This document shows, in pieces, positions 1 through 9,438 of a stretch of 64,000 nucleotides of DNA (the first letter of the stretch is position 1; each line of letters starts with the position of its first letter). The notes below the pieces were generated by a model. That model searched no databases, was not told the origin of the DNA, and worked only from the letters and a program-made list of their open reading frames with translations. The translations under genes and the position numbers were made by a program. Where the stretch lies: positions 1,984,001 through 2,048,000 of the forward strand of contig OZ244852.1 of the NCBI GenBank assembly GCA_965220965.1. Reading direction: 5' to 3'. The DNA comes from Candidatus Marinacidobacterium sp. (lineage in GTDB: Bacteria > Acidobacteriota > Vicinamibacteria > Marinacidobacterales > Marinacidobacteraceae).

Positions 1-1173
1 GGGGAGCGCCGGGACGCCGACGTCGTCTTCACCCGCCGGATCGGTCTCTCCGACGCCGGCCAGCCGGTGCCGATCGTGGGCGGCGCCCGGCTCTCGGGGC
101 GCCAGGGCGCCTACACCCTCGGCCTGATGGAGATGGTCACCGCGGAACACCAGGGGGCTCCGGGCGAGAGCTTCACGGTGGCGCGGGTTCGCCGGGACGT
201 CTCGACCCGGTCCTCGGTGGGGGCTGTCTTCACCGACCGGTCGGCGGTCGGAACCGACGCCTTCAACCGCGTCATCGGGTTCGACACCAGCCTCTACGCC
301 GGCGACGCGTGGAGCTTCGAGGGGCTGTGGTCCCGGGTCAGCACGGGCGCCGAGCTCGACAGTTCGGACCTCGCCTCGGGCCGCATCGACTACGAGACCG
401 ACCTCCTCCAGGGCACCGCCAAGTACATCGAGATCGGAGAGAACTTCGATCCCGGGATCGGCTTCGTGCAGCGCCGGGGCATGCGCAAGACGTATTTCCG
501 CGCCGGCGTCTCGCCGCGTCCGTCCGCGCCGTGGATGCGGCAGGTCCACTTCCAGGCGAACGTGGCGACCGTCTGGAACCTCGACAACGTGCTCGAGACC
601 CGGCGGGGGACGCTCCAGGGCCGCGCGACCTTCGAGAGCGGCGACGAAGTCTCGGTGGAGGTCACCGACCAGTACGAGTTCACGCTCGCTGACTACTCGA
701 TCCAGGATGTCGTCATCCCGGCGGGGGAGTACCCGTTCCGCCGCTACCAGGTCAGCCTGAACACCTACCGCCGCCGCTACGCCGGGCTACAGACGAGCTA
801 CGAGTTCGGCGGCTTCTGGGGAGGGACCCGCGACACCTGGTCGCTCGGGGCCAACTACCGGGTGAACCGGAACATCGGGCTCCGGGGCAACTACGCCTAC
901 AACCGGGTCCGCCTCCCGGGCGGCGACATCGACACCCACCTGATCTCCACCCGGATGCGGGTGGCGCTGCGGAACGATCTGGTGGTCCTCGGCCTGTTCC
1001 AGTACAACAACGCGACCGCGGACTTCGCCTCGAACGTGCGGTTCAACTGGATCCCCAAGCCGGGCACCGACCTGTTCCTGGTCTACACCGAGCTGGACGA
1101 GTGGTCCGGAGACCTCTTCTTCGTCCGCAACCGCAGCCTCTCGGTCAAGCTGAACTACCTGTTCCGGCTCTGA
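1..1173 (+). CDS. DUF5916-family outer-membrane beta-barrel protein, C-terminal part (5' truncated by window edge)
   Basis: Frame open from base 1 (GERRDADVVFTRRIGLSD...); FTRRIG, GARLSGR, FDPGIGFVQR and NVRFNWIPKPGTDLFLVY motifs; C-terminal ...KLNYLFRL beta-signal. Confidence 0.8.
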   Translation, partial: GERRDADVVFTRRIGLSDAGQPVPIVGGARLSGRQGAYTLGLMEMVTAEHQGAPGESFTVARVRRDVSTRSSVGAVFTDRSAVGTDAFNRVIGFDTSLYAGDAWSFEGLWSRVSTGAELDSSDLASGRIDYETDLLQGTAKYIEIGENFDPGIGFVQRRGMRKTYFRAGVSPRPSAPWMRQVHFQANVATVWNLDNVLETRRGTLQGRATFESGDEVSVEVTDQYEFTLADYSIQDVVIPAGEYPFRRYQVSLNTYRRRYAGLQTSYEFGGFWGGTRDTWSLGANYRVNRNIGLRGNYAYNRVRLPGGDIDTHLISTRMRVALRNDLVVLGLFQYNNATADFASNVRFNWIPKPGTDLFLVYTELDEWSGDLFFVRNRSLSVKLNYLFRL

Positions 1174-1216
1174 CGCCTCCGAAGCCGAAGCCGGGTCCGC
1201 CCCGGCGGGCGCGCAT

Positions 1217-1235
1217 TCCGGCGCCGGGATTGCGT
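1217..1235 (+). promoter_or_regulatory. Putative sigma54 (-24/-12) promoter upstream of YHYH gene
   Basis: ttccGGCGCCGGGATTGCg: GG at 1220-1221, GC at 1232-1233, exact 10-nt spacing, TTGC. Confidence 0.4.
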
Positions 1236-1267
1236 TCGCCCGCTCTCCATCGCAGGGAGAGTGGCTT

Positions 1268-2248
1268 GTGATCACGTCAACACGAACGGCTCGCCGAATG
1301 GCGGGTTTCCTGACCATTGCGGCGCTGCTGGGCGCCTGCGGTTCCGATACGGCGCCGCCCGCGTCGGTGACGGAGGAGCTCCCGCCCGACGCTCCCGGGC
1401 TGGACGTGACGCAATTCGTCGAAGGCGCGCTGGTCGCTCCCGCGGTCACCGAGCCCTGCGTGCTCTCGGGCGGAGCGCAGGCGACGTGCCACCGCCTCGA
1501 GATCGCCGGGGCGCCGGCGGAGCGCGAGATCGGTCCGTTCTGTCCGTCAACGATCTCCGCAAGCGCCGAGGAAGGGGGCATCTGGTTCGACGGCGGGGGC
1601 GAGGTCTACGAGCTGGACGGCGCCTTCATCGTCCGCGTGGGCGACATCTACGGCGACCCCAACTGGCGGCTCTACGACCCTGAAACGGGCGAAGTGAACG
1701 TCACGGACACCCAGGTGGCGTGCGAGGCGGCGGCGCGTCCCAACGTGGATCCGATGTACCGGAACCACTGCGTGGAGTGCTCGATCGACTACTACGGCGG
1801 GGGCGTGAGACAGACGGTTCTGATTCCGTCCAGTCCGGTTCCGATGTCGTCCCCCGCGCCCATCGGCAACGCCGATGTGGGCGTTTCGCTCCAGGGCGTC
1901 GTCCTCGGTCCGCCGGCGCCGGTCCACGCGATCCTCGGGGCCTACACGATCGCCGCGTTCGACGATTGCGGGGGGCACGTGAACCCGGTCGAGGGCTACC
2001 ACTACCACGCCGCGACCGCCTGCAACGAGACAGTGATCCAGGAGGACGGCCACGCGGCGCTCATCGGCTACGCCCGGGACGGCTACGCGATCTTCGGGAC
2101 CACCGACGCGAACGGCGCCGCCCCGACGGGGCTCGACAGTTGCCGGGGACACGAAGACGAGACGCGCGGCTACCACTACCACGCCGCCGCAACCGGATCG
2201 AACATGTTCCTCGGCTGCTTCCGCGGCCAGCAGGCCGTGACCCGGTAG
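1268..2248 (+). CDS. YHYH-domain lipoprotein
   Basis: Lipobox LLGAC; two YHYH motifs (GGHVNPVEGYHYH, GHEDETRGYHYH); IGYARDGYAIFG. Confidence 0.85.
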   Translation: MITSTRTARRMAGFLTIAALLGACGSDTAPPASVTEELPPDAPGLDVTQFVEGALVAPAVTEPCVLSGGAQATCHRLEIAGAPAEREIGPFCPSTISASAEEGGIWFDGGGEVYELDGAFIVRVGDIYGDPNWRLYDPETGEVNVTDTQVACEAAARPNVDPMYRNHCVECSIDYYGGGVRQTVLIPSSPVPMSSPAPIGNADVGVSLQGVVLGPPAPVHAILGAYTIAAFDDCGGHVNPVEGYHYHAATACNETVIQEDGHAALIGYARDGYAIFGTTDANGAAPTGLDSCRGHEDETRGYHYHAAATGSNMFLGCFRGQQAVTR

Positions 2249-2288
2249 CTCGAGCCGGGACACCCTCGGGCGCCGGATCCCGCGAGAG

Positions 2289-2306
2289 TCCGGCATTGGG
2301 CTTGCA
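2289..2306 (+). promoter_or_regulatory. Putative sigma54 promoter, copy 1
   Basis: tccGGCATTGGGCTTGCA: GG-N10-GC with GGCA and TTGCA; conserved in copy 2 while neighbouring bases differ. Confidence 0.6.
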
Positions 2307-2367
2307 TGCCCCCGGCCCGACGCCCGGGCCCCGCATCGGCCCCGGGCATCCCAGGGAGGTCGACGCC

Positions 2368-3534
2368 ATGCCGAACGTCATCGAGAGACGCGTGGAAGCG
2401 CGCCATCGGCGCACTAGTGAGAGGCGGGTCTCCGCCTGGTTCGCAGGCGCCGCCACAGCCTTTGCGCTGGCCGCGTCCGTCCAGGCCGCCGCACAGGAAG
2501 CGCCGCCGGTCACGCTGGATGTCCTCGTGCTCGACCGCGACGGACGCCCGGCGCCCGATCTGGGCGTGGGCGACTTCGAGGTCGTGGACCAAGGCTCGAC
2601 ACGGGCCATCAGCCGCGTCCGGGTGCTGCCGACTCCGGAGGAGCCGCGCCGGTTCGTGTTCGTGGTGAACCGGCGGGGAGCGCTCCCCGATCAGCTCCGG
2701 CGCTTCAGGAGCGGGATCGAGTCCTTCCTGGAGGAGAGCTTCGGCGAGCAGGACGAGGCGATGTTCGTGGACTTCGGCGATGTCCCGCGCATCACGACGG
2801 GCTGGCGGCGGGGCGGCGCCGCCGCGCTCGCTGAAGTCGACGAGCTGGTCCCCATCGGGTTCCAGGGCGTCGCCGGCGGGTCGCAGGACGCGGCCGACGC
2901 CGCCTACATGCTCTATGCGCTCAGCGAGCGCCTGGCCGCGACGCCCGGCAGGAAGATCGTGGTCATGTTCTCCCGGAGCCTGAGCACGTTCGGGGGCAGA
3001 CCGGGCCTTGGTCGGGACCCCTGGTTCAACGAGAACGCGGGCGTAAGGCCCAGCGGGCAACCCGGCGCGGACGACGCGGAGCTGGCGCTGGCGGGCGCGT
3101 TCCGGCGCGCCCGCACGACCGTCTACGCCGTCCACCTCGAGGGCGCCCGGACGCAGGACGACGGCATCCTGGTCCGGGACCGGGACGAGATGGGAAGGAT
3201 GGACACGACGAACACGGCCAGCGGAGTGCAGGGCGCCACGAGAGTCCGGAACTCGTCCGCTTCCATTTCGGGCCGCAGCCGCGCCGCGTTCTCCCGCCCG
3301 GTGGACGACTTCCTCTCGTCGCTGGCCTCCAGCACCGGCGGCGACTACACAGCGAGGGCCACCGATCTGGCCGCCGTCCTCAATCGGATCGAGGCGGCCA
3401 ATCGCGCGTGGTACGAGCTGAGCGTCGGCGCCGCGTCCGCTGCTCCCGACCCCCGCGCGCCCGCGCTGGAGGTTCGCGCGCCGAACCACCCCGACCTCAG
3501 AGTGATCGCCCGGCCGGGCGCTCTCCGGGAGTAA
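2368..3534 (+). CDS. Secreted VWA-like (Acidobacterial VWFA-related) protein, paralog 1
   Basis: SD GGAGG then ATG 2368; signal peptide; VTLDVLVLDRDGRPAPDL..DFEV.D, PGRKIVV.FS, LASSTGG, WYEL, C-terminal VIARPG, typical of the family. Confidence 0.8.
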   Translation: MPNVIERRVEARHRRTSERRVSAWFAGAATAFALAASVQAAAQEAPPVTLDVLVLDRDGRPAPDLGVGDFEVVDQGSTRAISRVRVLPTPEEPRRFVFVVNRRGALPDQLRRFRSGIESFLEESFGEQDEAMFVDFGDVPRITTGWRRGGAAALAEVDELVPIGFQGVAGGSQDAADAAYMLYALSERLAATPGRKIVVMFSRSLSTFGGRPGLGRDPWFNENAGVRPSGQPGADDAELALAGAFRRARTTVYAVHLEGARTQDDGILVRDRDEMGRMDTTNTASGVQGATRVRNSSASISGRSRAAFSRPVDDFLSSLASSTGGDYTARATDLAAVLNRIEAANRAWYELSVGAASAAPDPRAPALEVRAPNHPDLRVIARPGALRE

Positions 3535-3564
3535 CCGGACGCTACGACTGCGGCGGACTCCAGG

Positions 3565-3582
3565 TCCGGCATCGGGTTTGCA
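3565..3582 (+). promoter_or_regulatory. Putative sigma54 promoter, copy 2
   Basis: tccGGCATCGGGTTTGCA: GG-N10-GC. Confidence 0.6.
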
Positions 3583-3644
3583 TGCCCCGGGCCCGATGGT
3601 CGGGCCCCGCGTCGGCGCCCGGGCATCCCAGGGAGGTCGACGCC

Positions 3645-4808
3645 ATGCCGGACGCCATCGAGAGACGCGTGGAAGCGCGCCATCGGCGCATCACCGGGAG
3701 GCGGAGTTCCACCTGGTTCGCAGGTGCCGCCGCAGCCCTCGCGCTGGCCGCGCCTCTCCTGGCCGCCGCCCAGGAGCCGCCGGTCACGCTGGACGTCCTC
3801 GTGCTCGACCGCGACGGACGCCCGGCGCCCGATCTGGGCGTGGGCGACTTCGAGGTCATGGACCGGGGCTCGACCCGGGCCGTCAGCCGCGTCCGGGTGC
3901 TGCCGACTCCGGAGGAACCGCGCCGGTTCGTGTTCGCGGTGAACCGCCGCGGAGCGCTCCCCGATCAGCTCCGGCGCTTCAGGAGCGGGATCGAGTCCTT
4001 CCTGGAGGAGAGCTTCGGCGAGCAGGACGAGGCGATGTTCGTGGACTTCGGCGATGTCCCGCGCATCACGACGGGCTGGCGGCGGGGCGGCGCCGCCGCG
4101 CTCGCTGAAGTGGACGAGCTGGTCCCCATCGGGTTCCAGGGCGTCGCCGGGGGGTCGCAGGACGCGGCCGACGCCGCCTACATGCTGTATGCGCTCAGCG
4201 AGCGCCTGGCCGCGACGCCCGGCAGGAAGATCGTGGTCGTCTTCTCCCGGAGCCTGAGCACGTTCTCGGGTTTTCCGGCGCCGCAGGACGGGGTCTTCGT
4301 TGTCAGAGGGGTAGCCAATCCGGCAACCGGGCAGGCCGGCGCGGAGGACGCGGAGAAGGCGCTGGCGGGCGCGTTCCAGCGCGCCCGCGCGACCGTCTAC
4401 ACCGTCCACCTCGAGGGCGCCCGGACCCAGGACGACGGCATCCTGGTCCGGGACCGGGACGAGATGGGCATGATGAACACGACGAACACCGCCAGCGGAG
4501 TGCAGGGCGCCACACGGGTCCTCGGCTCTTCCGCTTCCGTGAGGGGTCGCAGCCGCGACGCGTTCTCCCGACCGGTGGACGACTTCCTCTCGTCGCTCGC
4601 CTCCAGCACCGGCGGCGACTACACGGCGCGCGCCACCGATCTTGCCGCCGTCCTCAATCGGATCGAGGCCGCGAATCGCGCGTGGTACGAGCTGAGCGTC
4701 GGCGCCGCGTCCGCCGCTCCCGACCCCCGCGCGCCCGCGCTGGAGGTTCGCGCGCCGAACCACCCCGACCTCAGAGTGATCGCCCGGCCGGGCGCTCTCC
4801 GGGAGTAA
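3645..4808 (+). CDS. Secreted VWA-like protein, paralog 2
   Basis: SD GGAGG, ATG 3645; near-identical to paralog 1 except the signal peptide and two internal segments. Confidence 0.8.
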   Translation: MPDAIERRVEARHRRITGRRSSTWFAGAAAALALAAPLLAAAQEPPVTLDVLVLDRDGRPAPDLGVGDFEVMDRGSTRAVSRVRVLPTPEEPRRFVFAVNRRGALPDQLRRFRSGIESFLEESFGEQDEAMFVDFGDVPRITTGWRRGGAAALAEVDELVPIGFQGVAGGSQDAADAAYMLYALSERLAATPGRKIVVVFSRSLSTFSGFPAPQDGVFVVRGVANPATGQAGAEDAEKALAGAFQRARATVYTVHLEGARTQDDGILVRDRDEMGMMNTTNTASGVQGATRVLGSSASVRGRSRDAFSRPVDDFLSSLASSTGGDYTARATDLAAVLNRIEAANRAWYELSVGAASAAPDPRAPALEVRAPNHPDLRVIARPGALRE

Positions 4809-4904
4809 CCGGACGCTACGACGCCTCCACCGCTAACATGGGCGCGGTCCCACTTGCATAGCCGCCGCGCTCCCGGAGCCCCCGGGTTCCCTGTTCCCCT
4901 CCTG

Positions 4905-6839
4905 ATGTCCCTCCGACCGCCCCGATTCCCGCTCGGCCTCACCCTGCTCGCCGCGCTGAGCCTGGCGAGCTTCAGCGTCACCGACGCATCCGCGCAGGGG
5001 TTCCGGTTCCGGGCGGAGACGACCCGCGTCATCGTGGACGTGCTCGTGCTCGACGACGACGGCAACCCGGTTCCCGGGCTGACCGCCGCCGACTTCGAGC
5101 TGTTCGAGGAGGGCGAGCCGCAGCAGGTCCTGAGCCTGGATGTGGTGGACTGGGAGCGCTACGGAACGATTCCGGAGATCGCCGAGGAGGCGCCCGAGGC
5201 CGCCCCTCCCCCCGCGCCCGAGGCCGACGTGAACGCCTCGCCCCGCCGGTTCGTCATCGTGTTCAACCGGCGGCGCGCCGACCCGGTGAACCTGCGGCGC
5301 GCCAAGCGCGGACTCGAGGAGTTCGTCGCGAACAACATGGTGGACGGCGACGAGACGATGCTCCTCGAGTTCGCCAACGAAGTGCGGGTGCTGCAGGAGT
5401 TCTGGCCCGGCAAGGAGGAAACGCTCGCGGCCGTCCGGCGGATCGTCCCCGGAACGTATTCGAGCTTCGTTCCGGAAGCCGACGCCCGCGAGACCTTCCG
5501 GATGCTCCAGACCCTCGCCGATGTGCTCGAACAGGTGCCGGGCCGCAAGATCGTGGTGCTGCTCTCGAGCATGCTCCAGACGTTCGCCGACTCGCGGCAG
5601 ATCGTGGACGAAGTCGCCGGCAACGCGGTCGAGGGGTTCCCGGGCCGAAGCGCCCTCGACGAGACGAACGCGCTGCTGGCGGCGATCCAGCAGATGAACC
5701 ACGCGAACGCCACGCTCTACTCGATCGACATCGAGGGCGTCTACGGGAACGAGAACCAGCTTCTCATCTCGAGCCAGAACAGCTTCGACTCGCTCGGGAA
5801 CGACCTCGGCGTCGCCCCGCCGGAGGCCCCGCTGGACCGGCTGAACGTCGCCGCCAACGTGCTGGCGGAGGGCGGGAACGCCTCGCTCGCGATCGCCACC
5901 GGAGGCGCCCACTTCCCGAACCAGACGAACTTCGCCGTCGCTCTGAACCGCATCGGGATCCAGAACGAGCTCTACTACCTGCTCTCGTTCTCCCCGCTGG
6001 ACGCCGGACTCGACGGCGGCTACCGGCGCCTCGAAGTGAGGGTCCGCGGCGAGCACGACTACCGGGTCATCGCCCGCCCCGGCTACTTCGCCCGCGAGCG
6101 GCGGGGGCCCGTGATCGAGGCCGCGGCGCGCGGGGACTACGGCTACGCCTTCCCCGACAACGTCCACAGCTACGCCTACCTGCTGAACCCCCGTCCGGAG
6201 GGGGCCTTCACCGTGCTGACCGCGGCCCTTCCCGAGGCCTACGTTGCGGAGTCGGGCGTGCTGCGGCTCCGCGTCACCGACGCCGACGGCGTCGTTCTGG
6301 CCGACGCCGAAGGCGTGGTGGATCCGGGCCGGTTCTGGATCTCGGCCCCGGTCGAGCTGCCCGCCGGCGAGCACGAGTTCGAGGTCCGGGTGGAGCGCAG
6401 CGGGAACCGGACCTACACCGCGACCACCGGGATCACGATCCCCGCCGGGCTGGGCGCCGAGTTCACGCTCTCCAGCGTGTTCCCCTTCCTCGCCGAGTCC
6501 CACCAGCCGGAGGCCACCGGCCCGCCGGTGCGCCCGGTGGCGGTGTTCGCCCCGGCGGAGGACGCCCGGATCGCCTTCTTCATCCTCCCAGGGACGAACG
6601 ACCCGGTCTCGCGCGTCCAGGTCTCCTACCAGGTGATGAACGATGCCGGGGAGATCACCGTCGAGGGCGAGCGCCCCGACCTGTTCGAGCTCGCGCCCGA
6701 CCGACCGGGGGGCACGCCGGTCATGCTGCCGCTCCAGACCGCCGGCCTGCGTCCCGGCCGCTACACCGCGGTGGTGCGGGTGACCGACGATCGCCGGGAC
6801 CGCACGGCCTCCGGCGAGCTCGAGTTCCTGATCCGCTGA
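4905..6839 (+). CDS. Secreted VWA-like protein with C-terminal Ig-like domains, paralog 3
   Basis: Signal peptide; FRAETTRVIVDVLVLDDDGNPVPGLTAADFELFEEG, PGRKIVVLLS, LAIATGG, YYLLSF, VIARPGY; C-terminal PGRYTAVVRVTD; start approximate. Confidence 0.85.
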   Translation: MSLRPPRFPLGLTLLAALSLASFSVTDASAQGFRFRAETTRVIVDVLVLDDDGNPVPGLTAADFELFEEGEPQQVLSLDVVDWERYGTIPEIAEEAPEAAPPPAPEADVNASPRRFVIVFNRRRADPVNLRRAKRGLEEFVANNMVDGDETMLLEFANEVRVLQEFWPGKEETLAAVRRIVPGTYSSFVPEADARETFRMLQTLADVLEQVPGRKIVVLLSSMLQTFADSRQIVDEVAGNAVEGFPGRSALDETNALLAAIQQMNHANATLYSIDIEGVYGNENQLLISSQNSFDSLGNDLGVAPPEAPLDRLNVAANVLAEGGNASLAIATGGAHFPNQTNFAVALNRIGIQNELYYLLSFSPLDAGLDGGYRRLEVRVRGEHDYRVIARPGYFARERRGPVIEAAARGDYGYAFPDNVHSYAYLLNPRPEGAFTVLTAALPEAYVAESGVLRLRVTDADGVVLADAEGVVDPGRFWISAPVELPAGEHEFEVRVERSGNRTYTATTGITIPAGLGAEFTLSSVFPFLAESHQPEATGPPVRPVAVFAPAEDARIAFFILPGTNDPVSRVQVSYQVMNDAGEITVEGERPDLFELAPDRPGGTPVMLPLQTAGLRPGRYTAVVRVTDDRRDRTASGELEFLIR

Positions 6840-6843
6840 GTAC

Positions 6844-6868
6844 GGGGGCGTCCGTCCCGGACGCCTCC
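6844..6868. terminator. GC-rich hairpin between convergent genes (possible bidirectional terminator)
   Basis: ggcgtccg-tcc-cggacgcc stem; no U-tract. Confidence 0.4.
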
Positions 6869-8580
6869 TACCAGCCCGCCGCGTGTCCCTCGCGGCGTCG
6901 GTCCGGTCCTCCCGAGAGGACGCCGGAGCCGGGGTAGATCCGGATGGCGTTCAGCATCCCGATCCGGCTGGGCGGCTGCCGCAGCCGGTGCCCCCGGGAG
7001 TTGAGCGCCTCCCGCACCTCATCGGAGAACTCCTTCTCGAGCACGAGGTCGGTGCCGTCCATGTAGGGGATCGAGTTCTCGAGGTAGCGGACCACGAAGC
7101 GGGGCGCGTCCACCGCCGCCGCCGCGTCCATGTCGAAGTCGAGGGCCCGCACCAGCACCTGGAGGATCGTCTGGGGGATCGTCCACCCGCCCGCCGAACC
7201 GAGGGCGAAGTACGGCTTGTCGAAGCGGGTCACGATCGTCGGGCTCATGACGAACCGGGGCCGCTGGCCCCCTTCGATCCGGTTGACGTCCTCCGGGTCC
7301 AGACTGAAATAGGACATGCCGTTGTTGAAGATGACGCCGGTCTCCGGCGCGACGACCCCGGCGGGAAGCATCAGCGTCTGGGTGATCGAGACCACGTTGT
7401 GGTCCCGGTCCACGACGGTGTGGTGGGTCGTGTGCTCCACCGCGGTGGGCAGGTCGCTGTCCGGGCGGACCGCGGCGTGGAACCGGGCCTGGCCCAGGTC
7501 GATCCGCGCCGCCTGCGCGGCGGCGTAGTCCTTCGACAGGAGCCGCTCGAGCGGGATCTCGGCGTAGTCCTTCCCGGTGTTCCAGGCGTCCTCGTCGACG
7601 AAAGCGAGCTTCATCGCCTCGGCGACCAGATGGACGAACTCGGGCGAGTTGTGCCCGATCGCCCCCACATCGAATTGCTCGAGGATGTTCAGCGTCTGGA
7701 GCACGGTCATCCCCGAACCGCCGGGCGGCTGGCTGTGGACCGTGTAGCCGCGGTAGGTGGTGGAGAGCGGGTCGCCCCACCGCGCCTCGTAGTTCCGGAA
7801 GTCCTCCACCGTGAGGATCCCCCCGTTGTCCTGGAAGTACCGCGCGAACGTCTCCGCGAGCGCGCCCCCGTAGAACACCTCGGGCCCGCCTTCGGCGATG
7901 GCCCGCAGGGTGTTGGCGAGGTCCGGCTGCTTCAGGACCTCACCCACCGGCCAGGGTTTGCCGTCCCGGAAGAAGATGCTCGCGCCGTAGGGATAGCGGG
8001 CGACATCGGCCCCGAACCCGCTGGCGCCGAAAGCGCCGTGGACCGCCGGCGTCATCGCGAACCCGTCCTCCGCGTAGCCGATGGCGGGGGCGAGGACCTC
8101 CGCCCACGACATCGAGCCGTACTCCTCGAGGATCGCGGCCCAGCCCGCGAGGTTCCCGGGGACCAGCGGCGCCAGGAAGCTGTCGCGGGCCGGATGGGTG
8201 CGGTCCCACAGACGGCTCCCGGCGGTGAACGCCTCGGGATCGGCCGCGGCCGGCGCCGCCCCGATGAAGTCGAGCGAACGGATCCCGCCCTCTTCGGCGT
8301 CGTGGATCAGCGCGTAGCCCCCGACCCCGCCGAGACCGGACATGAGCGGCTCCACGACCGCCAGCACCGCGGCGCTCGCGACCGCGGCGTCGAAGGCGTT
8401 GCCTCCCGCCTGCAGGATCCGAAGCCCCGCCTGCGCCGCCAGCGGATGGGAGGTCACGACCATCCCGTTCACGCTCATCCCCTGACCGTCGGCCGGTTCA
8501 CGAAGGCCCGGCGTCAGCAGGAGGGCCAGCCCCAGCGCCGGGACGGCGGGGACGAGGAAGATCTTCCGGTTCCGGATCAT
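6868..8580 (-). CDS. ggt: Gamma-glutamyltransferase family protein (Ntn hydrolase), secreted
   Basis: HPLAAQAGLRIL.AGGNAFDAAVA, EPLMSGLGG, VPGNLAG, catalytic Thr in EHTTHHTVVD, GSAGG, DRRREG; SD GGAGG before MIRNRK. Confidence 0.9.
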   Translation of the reverse strand: MIRNRKIFLVPAVPALGLALLLTPGLREPADGQGMSVNGMVVTSHPLAAQAGLRILQAGGNAFDAAVASAAVLAVVEPLMSGLGGVGGYALIHDAEEGGIRSLDFIGAAPAAADPEAFTAGSRLWDRTHPARDSFLAPLVPGNLAGWAAILEEYGSMSWAEVLAPAIGYAEDGFAMTPAVHGAFGASGFGADVARYPYGASIFFRDGKPWPVGEVLKQPDLANTLRAIAEGGPEVFYGGALAETFARYFQDNGGILTVEDFRNYEARWGDPLSTTYRGYTVHSQPPGGSGMTVLQTLNILEQFDVGAIGHNSPEFVHLVAEAMKLAFVDEDAWNTGKDYAEIPLERLLSKDYAAAQAARIDLGQARFHAAVRPDSDLPTAVEHTTHHTVVDRDHNVVSITQTLMLPAGVVAPETGVIFNNGMSYFSLDPEDVNRIEGGQRPRFVMSPTIVTRFDKPYFALGSAGGWTIPQTILQVLVRALDFDMDAAAAVDAPRFVVRYLENSIPYMDGTDLVLEKEFSDEVREALNSRGHRLRQPPSRIGMLNAIRIYPGSGVLSGGPDRRREGHAAGW

Positions 8581-8673
8581 GTGTCGGCCTCCCCGGGCGT
8601 CCCGCATTGCAATGCCCTGCGCCCGCCCTTACTTTACGGGCCCGCGGGGCCGTACCGGATCCCGACATTCCTC

Positions 8674-9438
8674 ATGCGCCTCGAAGGCAAGCGCGCGCTG
8701 GTCACCGGCGGCTCCCGGAGCATCGGGCGGGCCATCGCCCTCGGGCTCGCCCGGGAGGGCGCGGATGTCGCGGTCCACTACCGGAGGAGCCGCGAGGACG
8801 CCGGGAGCGCGGCCGGTGAGATCGAGGCGCTGGGGCGCCGCGCGGGGGTGGTTCAGGGGTCCACCGACTCGCGGGCGGACGTCGAGCGCTTCGTCGCCGA
8901 AGCGAACGACCTGCTGGGCGGGCTCGACATCCTGGTCAACAACGCCGGGATCCTGAAGCGGACGCCGCTGCTCGCGATCAGCGAGGAGGAGTGGGACCGC
9001 ATCCTGAACGTCAACCTGAAGGGCTATTTCCTGGTTGGCCAGGCGGTGGCCCGGCGCATGGTCGAGGCGGAGACCCGGGGCGCGATCGTCAACGTGTCCT
9101 CGGCGGGACAGGCGGTCGCCGCGCCGAACCTGACGCACTACTGCGTCTCGAAGGCGGGGGTCGAAATGCTCACCAAGCAGATGGCGCTCGAGCTCGCGCC
9201 CCACCGGATCCGGGTGAACGCCATCGCGCCCGGACTGATCGAGACCGACATGAACCGGACTGACATCGCCCGGCCGGAGTTCCGGAAGCGGCGGCTCGCC
9301 CGCATCCCGCTCGGGGAGATCGGCGTCCCCGACGATCTCGTGGGGGCGGTCGCCTACCTCGCCTCGAACCGGGAGGCGAGGCTCGTCACCGGCGCGACGC
9401 TGTTCCTCGACGCCGGCCAGACGATCTGGGGTGCGTAG
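8674..9438 (+). CDS. SDR family NAD(P)-dependent oxidoreductase
   Basis: TGGSRSIG, NNAG, YCVSK, IRVNAIAPG. Confidence 0.92.
   Translation: MRLEGKRALVTGGSRSIGRAIALGLAREGADVAVHYRRSREDAGSAAGEIEALGRRAGVVQGSTDSRADVERFVAEANDLLGGLDILVNNAGILKRTPLLAISEEEWDRILNVNLKGYFLVGQAVARRMVEAETRGAIVNVSSAGQAVAAPNLTHYCVSKAGVEMLTKQMALELAPHRIRVNAIAPGLIETDMNRTDIARPEFRKRRLARIPLGEIGVPDDLVGAVAYLASNREARLVTGATLFLDAGQTIWGA

Larger units (their letters stand above)
2288..3548 (+). repeat. Tandem duplication unit, copy 1 (promoter + VWA-like gene + 3' flank)
   Basis: Near-identical to 3564-4822, including upstream ccagggaggtcgacgccATG and downstream taaccggacgctacgac. Confidence 0.95.
3564..4822 (+). repeat. Tandem duplication unit, copy 2
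   Basis: Direct repeat of 2288-3548, offset about 1274-1277 bp. Confidence 0.95.

Noticed and set aside
2992-4337. Diversity-generating retroelement TR/VR pair explaining the VWA variable loop
   Set aside because: Differences are not restricted to adenines, both copies are full genes with promoters, and no reverse transcriptase is in the window.
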